Positions 1 through 8,884 of a DNA stretch of 64,000 nucleotides are shown here, in pieces. Origin of the DNA: Naegleria gruberi (lineage: Eukaryota); assembly GCA_000004985.1 (NCBI GenBank), contig GG738879.1; one strand, written 5' to 3'. The position numbers and the translations under genes were made by a program. Every line of letters starts with the position of its first letter. The stretch's first letter is position 1. The notes beneath the pieces were generated by a model that was not told where the DNA came from, made no database searches, and worked only from the letters and a program-made list of their open reading frames with translations.

Positions 1-1326
1 ATATTCAAAGTCAGATTGATATTTCTTAATATTTCCACAATATAATACTTGGATAAATTTAACAAAGGCAAGAGTGTTTCTTGGATGGTGATCTCCTCTC
101 AGAATATAATATCCAGGTCCATTATCGTTATCTTCTTCGACGAGTCCTGTTTGTGGATTCCATTTCAAAACGTTGGCTGTGTGAAGGAATTTAGAGCCAG
201 TTCTTGCTCTAATGACAGGATAGTGAGCATGAATATCGAAATCTTCAACAGATAAACGTAGTTTCGACCCAGTTATATACAGATTAAATTCATTAGGATT
301 CCAATCTAGTAAATCTGGAAGGTCCAGAATTGCAAAATGAATATCACTTGTAAATCTGCCAAATTTTTCATTCATTCCAATAGTTGGAAACCATTTTGGA
401 TTTGCAGTAATAAGTAATTTTTCAAAATCGTCTTCAAGAGCATACTCTTCAGTGAGAGCGTTCAGAATTTCTCCAATATGATACAATATACTAGTGACAG
501 TTTCACTCACAACAGAGTCTACTTTATACCACTCTGTTTTCTGACCTTCATTCTTGAGGAACTTGTCAATATATTGTGAATAAAATTGAGAAATATTCCA
601 CAATGTTCCAAACATGCCAGATTGTTTCAAAATTTCTCTTCCTCTCGAATGATCTGTTATTTTGAAAAGTATAAAAGTTAGAGCCAAGAGTGAATTTTCA
701 ATAAATTTGCTACACTGAGCATTCAATGACTTGTCAATAATATGAGGAATAATAAACACTAAAGTACAACAAATGTCACAAGCATGAGTCAACCCTCCCA
801 ACTTGTATAACATTGCTCTAATATCATAAGTTGTAATTTGATTACTGATAGCAGAGAGAACATTCTGAATATCCTCAAATAACTGAGCATTTTGATGAAC
901 AATATTCACATCAACCTCCAACTCTGTTACAAAACTCTCCAATTCAAACAATTTACAAAGATTTCCATAATATTCTTGCAATAATTTACACTTCTTCTTC
1001 ATTCCCTCATCTGGATCAATATAGACCAATCTCAAATAGTAGGCCTCACCTAATTCCATCATTGAGCTATTAGAACAACCAACTGTCTCTAACAATTTTT
1101 GAGGAGACATTCTAGATAACACCTCAATCGGTTGATGACTCAAGGTAGAGGCACTCATATTATTGACATCAGCATTTGTACTATTATAGTTGGTAGAAGA
1201 ATTGTTACTATTACTAATAGTAGTGGTAGTGGATGATCCACCACCTGATCCTTTGCCACCTCCACCACTATTTCGGAGATGTTTTGGTAGGTGATATTGT
1301 CCTCCTCCTCCCTTCTTCTTTGTCAT
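1..1326 (-). CDS. Hypothetical protein, partial: the N-terminus is in the window (ATG at 1326) and the 3' end runs off the window edge. Gly/Ser/Thr/Asn-rich N-terminus, then a structured domain I do not recognise.
   Basis: Open frame on the minus strand from ATG at 1326 (acaaagATGaca) down to position 1 with no stop. I translated about 300 nt by hand and it reads as plausible protein (MTKKKGGGGQYHLPKHLRNSGGGGKGSGGGSSTTTT...SHQPIEVLSRMSPQKLLETV...). It is absent from the ORF track, probably because it has no stop inside the window. Confidence 0.5.
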   Translation of the reverse strand, partial: MTKKKGGGGQYHLPKHLRNSGGGGKGSGGGSSTTTTISNSNNSSTNYNSTNADVNNMSASTLSHQPIEVLSRMSPQKLLETVGCSNSSMMELGEAYYLRLVYIDPDEGMKKKCKLLQEYYGNLCKLFELESFVTELEVDVNIVHQNAQLFEDIQNVLSAISNQITTYDIRAMLYKLGGLTHACDICCTLVFIIPHIIDKSLNAQCSKFIENSLLALTFILFKITDHSRGREILKQSGMFGTLWNISQFYSQYIDKFLKNEGQKTEWYKVDSVVSETVTSILYHIGEILNALTEEYALEDDFEKLLITANPKWFPTIGMNEKFGRFTSDIHFAILDLPDLLDWNPNEFNLYITGSKLRLSVEDFDIHAHYPVIRARTGSKFLHTANVLKWNPQTGLVEEDNDNGPGYYILRGDHHPRNTLAFVKFIQVLYCGNIKKYQSDFEY

Positions 1327-1596
1327 GTTATTTAAAGTTTTGTTTGAATATTTAAATATAATTATTATAAATTAATATGAAATATTATCAATGTTCTCTT
1401 CTGATAGGGTGGGATGCAAATTGGTATGCTGCGTTTCTTTTTTATGATGTCAAGAGTTGGTTCATGTTCACAGGTTTCTTTTCAGCATTGAAGAAAGGTA
1501 AAGAGTGGAATTGAGCCATGATTTTTTCCCGCCAAAATTAAACTATTAAACATTTAAAAAAAATATTTGACAATTTATTGTGAATAATTAAAAATA

Positions 1597-2028
1597 ATGG
1601 GTTGTTGGGGAATTGGCATTGCTGCAAATGATGAATTTTGGGATGTTTTTTCCAATATACATAAAGAATTACACTGGAATCAATATGATGGAAGAGAAGA
1701 AACAATAATCACTCCGGAACACTTTAATTCCAAATATGAATTGATTGCGAATCGAATTCAGAGTGGATTTACCAAGAATTATGAAACTTGTTGGTTTCAA
1801 GTGGTGGCTTATTTGGTGATGGAAATTGGAGGAAAGATGAGTAGAGAAATGAGAGATAATTGCAAGTTGGCTTGTAGAATTGAGAATGATTATTTGGATC
1901 CAGGTGCTTGGTTGAGTGAAAAAGATTTGTCTGAGAGGAGACAAGCTCTGGAACAGTTTGCACTCAAAATTGATGATTATTATTGTTCGAAATCTCAGGG
2001 AAATAATTATTTGGAAAAGGATTATTAG
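1597..2028 (+). CDS. Small hypothetical protein of 143 aa with no recognisable domain.
   Basis: ATG in a good A-rich context (aaaaataATGggt). Clean 143-codon ORF with coding-like composition. It sits between two minus-strand genes, and its stop overlaps the stop of the convergent RGS gene by 4 bp. Confidence 0.45.
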   Translation: MGCWGIGIAANDEFWDVFSNIHKELHWNQYDGREETIITPEHFNSKYELIANRIQSGFTKNYETCWFQVVAYLVMEIGGKMSREMRDNCKLACRIENDYLDPGAWLSEKDLSERRQALEQFALKIDDYYCSKSQGNNYLEKDY

Positions 2029-3497
2029 CAAGTCGATCCTGATTGTTTATTGAAATGTTCATTGACAACTCTTACAATACGTTTCAAATGTCCAATTTTC
2101 TTCATTCCAATCTTATCACGATAATCATCTGCTGTAAAATGTCTGATTTGATCTAATGTTACAAGTTTCTTTTTGGTAAATGTTTTGGAATATTCTTCCA
2201 TTTCATTATCGACCAAAATATTCGAAATTAAATGTTCACCAGGAGTTCTTGGAGATGTCTTTTCCATATCTTCCATTATCGAAGATGTTTCACTCGCACT
2301 AAGTTCTATAAGTTTGGTAATTACAAATGTCTTGAATTCTGAACTCTTCTTAAAATGTGTCATTATTTCATTATTGAATTGTAATTGAATATTAAACAAT
2401 AAAGTATCCAAACACTTTTCCATCCTCTCACACAGTGTCTGATTAGGTATTTCATCTTGAGAAAGTACTTGAACTTCCTTCAAAGTTTGTGTGAAAGATT
2501 CTCTGATAGAGCTTGCAATATTCATACATGTTAAACTTTCAAAATTTACAAAATTTTCATAAATGGTTTTAAATTCTCGCACTAAAGTTATACGGCTCAT
2601 ATTTACATCATTTGCATAATTCTTTCTCATCAGTCTGAATTCTCTGTTACTTTCCAGATAGATTAACATTTCGTCGTTTCTTCTTTCGGATAGATAGGCT
2701 CGCAGTAATTGCAATCCTTCATCATTCTTCTCCAGCAGTCCTTCAATTTTATAGTATTCCTTGATGGTCTTTCTGACAGAATTCTTTTGCACTGAAGTAA
2801 CTTGTGGTGAAGGTGGAGAATCCATGGTGACCAATATTTCCACTTGTTGACCAAAATTACTTGATGAGGATGAGGATGAATTTAATGAAGATGTTGACGA
2901 AGATGGTGAATCTGACATGAGAACATTCTTCTTTCTGTTTGTTGCATTAGTCACAACAGTGGTGAATGGCATTGTATTATTATTCGAAACTGGTTGAGAA
3001 TCTTGTGTGAAATTATTTATCGTGGTGGCAGACAATGTTCGAGTTGGAGAGACCAGAGTTATGCTTGAAGTTGTTTTGGTGGCTTTTTGTTTGTTGATGT
3101 TTGGAGTGACGCTTGCCAGAATGGTCTTCGTACTTTTCGCCACAACTCTTCTGTTTTTGGTAAGATCCATGGAGTGGATTGTTGGTGCCGCTTCTTGTTG
3201 GTTATTAGTAGATATTATTTGATGGGATGTTTCTGGGTGTGAGTAGGAAATACTTTCCTCCTTCAACACCATGCTGCTGCTGCATTGCGTGGAGTTGAGA
3301 GTTTGCATTTTGGATTTCTGCTGTGCAGTTTTCTTTTGAGTTTTTTCTTGACCTTTTTCAAGGGTTGATTTAGGAAGTTTGGAGAAATTGGTGTAAGGTT
3401 GGTGCGGAAGGATTTGAAGCATTGTGTTAGTACTACTGGTAGTACTGCTAGTAATTAATAGTGGTTTCATTTCGAGTGATTTTCTTTGAGAATGCAA
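2025..3497 (-). CDS. RGS-domain protein: S/T/N-rich N-terminal half, central regulator-of-G-protein-signalling domain, possible SAM-like C-terminus.
   Basis: 490-aa ORF. The segment YKIEGLLEKNDEGLQLLRAYLSERRNDEMLIYLESNREFR...LLFNIQLQFNNEIMTHFKKSSEF fits the RGS consensus at both ends. The sequence before it is low-complexity. Confidence 0.6.
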   Translation of the reverse strand: MHSQRKSLEMKPLLITSSTTSSTNTMLQILPHQPYTNFSKLPKSTLEKGQEKTQKKTAQQKSKMQTLNSTQCSSSMVLKEESISYSHPETSHQIISTNNQQEAAPTIHSMDLTKNRRVVAKSTKTILASVTPNINKQKATKTTSSITLVSPTRTLSATTINNFTQDSQPVSNNNTMPFTTVVTNATNRKKNVLMSDSPSSSTSSLNSSSSSSSNFGQQVEILVTMDSPPSPQVTSVQKNSVRKTIKEYYKIEGLLEKNDEGLQLLRAYLSERRNDEMLIYLESNREFRLMRKNYANDVNMSRITLVREFKTIYENFVNFESLTCMNIASSIRESFTQTLKEVQVLSQDEIPNQTLCERMEKCLDTLLFNIQLQFNNEIMTHFKKSSEFKTFVITKLIELSASETSSIMEDMEKTSPRTPGEHLISNILVDNEMEEYSKTFTKKKLVTLDQIRHFTADDYRDKIGMKKIGHLKRIVRVVNEHFNKQSGSTC

Positions 3498-4010
3498 CTA
3501 TTAAATGTGTGGGATTTAAATAGTGATGAGGATAATATCTTAAATATTCCGCTGATTATCAGGATGCACATCAAGTATGATACCTGACTTTAGCTATTCT
3601 GTGAGCTATTCTTGGACAAGGATATTGTGTAAATGGAGAAGGAGAAACTCTTTGTCGCCAATTTGTTGGATACAGATGTAATTTTTTTGCTTTTGATTTT
3701 TTCATGGCTGTTTATGTTTGAGTGTCTTTACGAAATGGAAACCACAAGCCATACGACCTTACGTCGTAAGGATCAAAAATTCTCAATCGCCACTAATGGT
3801 TCGCTACTAATCTCAATGTATCTCGTAATTTTCACAATGATGTAAAAGGTGTCCTCACAATGGATTCCGCAATAAAGCAACTGGGACAACTCATATTTGT
3901 GATTGATGCACGAAATGAAAGATCTAAACAAAGGCTATTTCCATCATTGATTCAAATTAGGTATTGATCTACAGTATTATTGAAATTTTGTAAAATAAAT
4001 AGTTTAGAGT

Positions 4011-5257
4011 TTATTCATCATCATCGTCAATGATCTTATTCTTCTTTTTGGAGACAGATTGCTTGGCTGGAGCTTTCTTTGGTTCTTGTTTGGTTTTCTT
4101 TGGAGGTGGCTTTTTCTTAACTTCTTCTTCAGAGCTGCTTTCTTCTTCAGAACTGCTTTCCTTCTTTTTTCTCTTCTTTGATTTATTGTCCACTTCTTCT
4201 TCACTGGAGGATTCTTCGCTTGAAGATTCATCACTACTGGAGGATTCCTCATCATCATCCAAAAGTTTCTTCTTCTTGGCAGGAGCCTTTTTTTTAGTGG
4301 TTTTCTTTGTGGTCTTTTTCTTTCCATCATCTTCTGACTTGACCTTTTTTCTTGATTTCTTTTGTTTGAGTTCTTCTTCCTCTTTCTTTAATAAATCTTC
4401 TGGAATGTTTGATTTGATAAGGTTAGCAATCTCTGTATTACCTTGACGTTCGGCCAAAATGTAGGATGATAAGCCCCATGCATCTTTGGACATTAAGAAT
4501 TCTGGAGATTTATCTGCGTCAATTAAGGCCTGTACAACTTCCTTGTATCCCCACAAGGCAGCCATATGCAAAGTTGTTCTCTTACACTAGTATAATATTG
4601 TTAATGAAAAATTATACATATCAAATTACTTACTGATGCATGAACATTAAGTTTAGCTCCAATCTTGACAAGATAATTAACAATATCGACATTTCCAAAT
4701 CTGCAAGCTTGTAAAATTGCAGACCATCCATCAGTATCTCTAAGAGAAATTACTTCACTATCTCCTTTGGATTTTACAATATTTTTGACTTTATCCAAAT
4801 CCCCTAATTCACCTGCAGCTTTGAAAAGAATCCTCATATCCTTGTCATTAATTTTTGATGTTGTCTTGTCGACTGGGTATGGGCAAATACTAGCATTTTC
4901 CGAATCGGCTGCTTTCTTCTTTCCACTTTTTGGCTTCTTTGCTGTTGTTTTCCTAGTGGTTTTTTTCTTTTTCTTTTTATCATCATCAGAAAAATCGTAT
5001 TCCTCGGATGATTCTACTACATCATCTGAAGATGAATCTGCTTCATCATCATCAGAATCATCGGATTCATCCTTCTTTTTAGCTGGTGACTTTTTTGTTT
5101 TTTTTTCTTCCTTCTTGACTGGTTGTCTTTTTGCTGTTCTTGATCTCACAGGTGTTTTTATGACTCCATCTTCTTCTGCCTCTTCTTTTAGTTTTGGTTT
5201 AAAAAGAGTAGAAGGTTTTGATGGTGAAGCTTGAACAAGATCTCCTAACGTTGCCAT
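4011..5257 (-). CDS. Ankyrin-repeat protein with K/E/S/D-rich flanks. Two exons: join(5257..4634, 4586..4011) with a 47-nt intron at 4587..4633.
   Basis: Track ORFs 4601..5257 and 4011..4571 are joined by an intron with GTAAGT donor (minus strand, 4633 downward) and TACTAG acceptor, phase 0. Splicing completes ankyrin repeats across the junction (...GAKLNVHAS|CKRTTLHMAALWGYKEVVQALIDA...). The start ATG is at 5257. Confidence 0.7.
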
Positions 5258-5407
5258 TTTTTTTGAATTTTCTTTTTTTTTGGCGCGAACTTTTATTGTT
5301 ACCTAGGTGCTGTTTTAGTTTCAATTATTGCATAATACCACGCAGCTTTCCATTTGTACTATTCAGTTATTCTTCAGAAGTGTTTCTCCTAAATCATTGA
5401 TTTGACC

Positions 5408-6865
5408 CTAAACTGTTTCAACCTTTTCTTTCACTTGAGCCTCAGCAGTGGCTTCCTTAAGAACTTGATCCTGAGTTGTTAGTGAGGAACTATTCCAAGG
5501 TTTGTGTTCAATGAGAATCCAACTGGTACAGCATATGGATACGACAATGCACACACTTGCAATCAAACCAATAACTCCAAATAATAACAATTGAAATCCA
5601 ACATTGGTGTAATAGTTAGAGTTTTGAGATGAAGGTTCCGAGAGAGAAACCTTTGATTCATCTCTATTCGTATAACAAATATATTCCTTCTCTTCTACAT
5701 ATTGACTCGAGTAGGTGTAGCACGTGCTTGTGAGAAGACTTCTTGTTTTTGCTGTTCTGGCTTGGGTGGATTGGTTGGTTGAGTTTTGATCTGAACTGTC
5801 CCTTAGAAATGAGGGAAATGTAACTTTGAATAAGGTTCCTGTCAAATCCCCATCTGAATTGCATTTACTCCTCCCAACTACAAAACAAGGAAATCTTGTG
5901 AAAATAAGTGAATTTGCATCTGAATCTGTTGAGCTTTCGAATTTTGACGATTGTAAATAATACGTTCCGACTGAAATTAATGGTATTGGGAATGAAAGAA
6001 GGAAACAGCTAATTATCAATGTGGAAACAATAATGCATATCAAAATCTTGTCCACCTTTTTAGAGCATTTCTTGATGAAATAAAAACAGTTCGATATTGA
6101 TGATGGTGGTTTAACGTCATTGACAGTTGTTTGAATTTCCACAACTGTAAATTGAAAATCCTCAACTCTATTTGTTGTTGAAATGGTTGGTGAGGCAGTT
6201 TCCTCTTTGATTTTAAAAGTTAAAGAAGGAGATGATGGTGATATCAGGCCACCACTCTCAGTAATTATTGGTTCTATTTTTCGTTGCATGATGTGGTGAT
6301 GGTGTTGAGTAGTTTTTTCTTGATTTGTTTCATATTGTGATAGAGATAGTGAGGTATTAGTTTGGAAGGTAGTATTATTATTAATAAGTTTTACCTGAGT
6401 GCGAGAAGAAGGGTTTCGGAAACTTTGATTGTCCTCAGTGAGCAAAAATTGTTGAGGTGCTGTTGGCGCATTTTCTTCTTGGTCCACTAACAACGATGAA
6501 ACTATTATTGGACAATTATTTGAATTGATTTCATCAGCTGATTGGAGGTTTTGTAATATTTCCGATGAGGATGATTTAGAAGGATTTTCAAAGTCTTGAG
6601 TATGGTATGATTCACTGGTGTTTGAATGATTGTTTGATACAACTTGGTGTTGCTCTTCTTCATTTTGTTGTGGTTGTTGCTCATGATTAAGAGAGATTAA
6701 AGATTGAGATGTGGTAATGCTGCTACTAGTATTATTGTTGTTATTGGTCAATCCTTCCTCCTCCATTATTTGCGAGAGAATGAGTTTCTCCAATTTATTT
6801 TCGTCTATAGTGTTCGACATTTTCAAATAATAGGAAAGTGATCCAACTATATCTCTAGAGTCCAT
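5408..6865 (-). CDS. Hypothetical membrane protein: N/Q/S-rich N-terminal region and two C-terminal TM helices.
   Basis: Long ORF. The track starts it at a TTG (6910); the first ATG is at 6865 (MDSRDIVG...). Hydrophobic segments lie near the C-terminus. No family recognised. Confidence 0.5.
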   Translation of the reverse strand: MDSRDIVGSLSYYLKMSNTIDENKLEKLILSQIMEEEGLTNNNNNTSSSITTSQSLISLNHEQQPQQNEEEQHQVVSNNHSNTSESYHTQDFENPSKSSSSEILQNLQSADEINSNNCPIIVSSLLVDQEENAPTAPQQFLLTEDNQSFRNPSSRTQVKLINNNTTFQTNTSLSLSQYETNQEKTTQHHHHIMQRKIEPIITESGGLISPSSPSLTFKIKEETASPTISTTNRVEDFQFTVVEIQTTVNDVKPPSSISNCFYFIKKCSKKVDKILICIIVSTLIISCFLLSFPIPLISVGTYYLQSSKFESSTDSDANSLIFTRFPCFVVGRSKCNSDGDLTGTLFKVTFPSFLRDSSDQNSTNQSTQARTAKTRSLLTSTCYTYSSQYVEEKEYICYTNRDESKVSLSEPSSQNSNYYTNVGFQLLLFGVIGLIASVCIVVSICCTSWILIEHKPWNSSSLTTQDQVLKEATAEAQVKEKVETV

Positions 6866-7125
6866 CTTTGCAGCAAAGAGATGGAAAGGTTTGAGTTGGT
6901 TTTTTTTCAAAGATGGATTTTTCTCTTTTACGAAATTGTTTCATAAATGTAGTAGTAATTGGCGCCACTTTCAACAAGGCGAAAGAAGAATGACTACAAT
7001 CAGCCTTAAAATTACACTTCACGAATCCAATAGTCATGGTTATTAGAATAAATACTTTGCAACTCTTGATTATCATTAATGTTTCGATATCAGACTAGTT
7101 GCCTATTTTTAAGACATTAATGTGA

Positions 7126-7197
7126 GTGCGCTTAGCTCAGAGGAAGAGCATCGGACTTCGAATCCGAGGGTCGTGGGTTCGAACCCCATAGTGCATA
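7126..7197 (+). tRNA. tRNA-Arg, anticodon UCG.
   Basis: 72-nt cloverleaf: acceptor GTGCGCT/AGTGCAT with G1-U72 and G5-U68 wobbles, D arm GCTC-AGAGGAA-GAGC, anticodon stem TCGGA/TCCGA with loop CTTCGAA (U33, UCG, A37), variable GGGTC, T arm GTGGG-TTCGAAC-CCCAT, discriminator A. A T5 run follows immediately downstream as a Pol III terminator. Confidence 0.8.
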
Positions 7198-7789
7198 AAT
7201 CCTTTTTATTCTTTTACTATTTTCATTTCAATTTCACTTTTTAGATCTTTAAACTTTCTATATCTTCAAATTCGAATATTACTCTACCTAAATATGAAAT
7301 TTCACCCTCCATATCTAAGAATGTATAGAGAACGAGCTGTTCTAAATTATTTAGCTTGAATTTTTCTTTGAGGATTATAATTTACTTTTTTTTACATTGT
7401 TAACATTCAATTACGCAGATTGGTTGTTAAACGATAATACTTTATTAAAATTGGAATCCCAATTAATTCTAAAAAATGTCCTTGTTTTTCCATTAACAAC
7501 ACTCTTTGAAAACTCAACAAGTTCAGCACTCTCCTTCAATCCATGTTCAATAATTTCCGATCTGACATACTTGAAAACGATTAACCTGAGTTCAGAACAT
7601 TTCTTCACGGCAGCAGTCCCTTATTAATAGGTGAATTTGTTTTGGAGATTGATCAATTCTTGTTTCTTCCTTCTCTTCAAAGGCTTGCTTCTAATAGCAT
7701 TGTTTGAAACAATAGACAACTTACAACAATTGAAAAATTGTTTCCTGTCTGAAGGTGTAGTAAAATGAAAACATTTCAAATCAAAAAAA

Positions 7790-8563
7790 ATGTCGGAACG
7801 TAAAGTCCTCAACAAGTACTACAATCCAGAAATGTGGGACAGTAAAATCCCAAAACGAAAAATTCCAAAGAATAACCAGACCAAGATTAGGAATATGGTT
7901 GCAATGACCATTCAGTGTACAGTTTGTGGTGAGTATATCTTTTCAGCCAAAAAGTTAAATTCAAGAAAGGAGGTTATTGAAGGTGATGAATATTTGGGAA
8001 TGAAGAATTGTCGTTTCTATTTTCGTTGTACACGATGTGCCAGTGAATTGACTTTAAAAACTGATTATGAACACGATAGATATGTTTGCGAACATAATTG
8101 CAAGTCTATTCATGATCGTTCGGAAGGCATTGCAAAACAAGAGGATAAAAAACAAGAGGATAATGTTGAGGACGAAATGAATGCATTGGAGAAAAAGGCA
8201 ATTTCTTCTAGAGAATATCAAGAGGATATTGATCAATTGGAGGAAATTAAGGAAATAAATTCTCAGAGAGAGGCCATCTCAAATCAATCTTTGGCAAGAA
8301 AGGAAAGCAAAAGAGAAGAATCTTTCAAGTTTACCTCAAAAGAAGAGGATGAATTGTTAGAGTTCGTGGAGTACCAATCCAAATTGGGAAGACGTAAATT
8401 TCAAGGTGATGAAGACATTGAGATACTTTCAAAAATTGATGACAATATTTCCTCTGAAAAATCATTCATTTCAGAAATTCAAGAAATTTCAATGCAACCA
8501 AAAAAGAAAAGAAAGCAAAAAAGGTCAACTAAGGATAAAATTAGCCTTAATATTGATTATTAA
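7790..8563 (+). CDS. YJU2: Splicing factor of the YJU2/CWC16 (CCDC94) family.
   Basis: The N-terminus [24 protein letters not shown]...CTVCGEYIF...[18 protein letters not shown] matches the conserved YJU2/CCDC94 N-terminal zinc-binding region (human [22 protein letters not shown]...CKTCGEYIY...RFYIKCTRCLAEITFKTD). An acidic coiled-coil tail follows. ATG context is caaaaaaaATGtcg. Confidence 0.8.
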   Translation: [257 protein letters not shown]

Positions 8564-8664
8564 AATTAAAAATACATATTAAACAAATCATTCAAGGTTT
8601 AAATCTTTGGAATTACTTATAAAGCATCCTGCTTAATTAATTTCAAACAAATAAAAAAAGAATT

Positions 8665-8736
8665 TACAGACAATGGGGCTCGAACCCACGACCCTCGGAT
8701 TCGAAGTCCGATGCTCTTCCTCTGAGCTATGCCTGC
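8665..8736 (-). tRNA. tRNA-Arg, anticodon UCG; second copy, in inverted orientation.
   Basis: The reverse complement gives GCAGGCA-TA-GCTCAGAGGAAGAGC-A-TCGGACTTCGAATCCGA-GGGTC-GTGGGTTCGAGCCCCAT-TGTCTGT-A. The D, anticodon, variable and T arms match the 7126 copy except for one T-loop base. The acceptor stem is entirely different. A T7 terminator lies downstream on the minus strand. Confidence 0.8.
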
Positions 8737-8884
8737 TACGATTAATAGTTTAAATATTCTAAAATCTTTCATGATACATATTAAGGTATGGATTTAAAAT
8801 TTTAAATGCAGCATATAACTTCCATATTAGAGAACATCCTTAAATTACCCTTTATCTCTCCTTAATAAATGCCATTGCTTCCAT

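Noticed and set aside
3633-3845. 70-aa ORF in the spacer between the RGS and ankyrin genes.
   Set aside because: Hydrophobic, low-complexity translation of AT-rich intergenic DNA, with no start context or homology.
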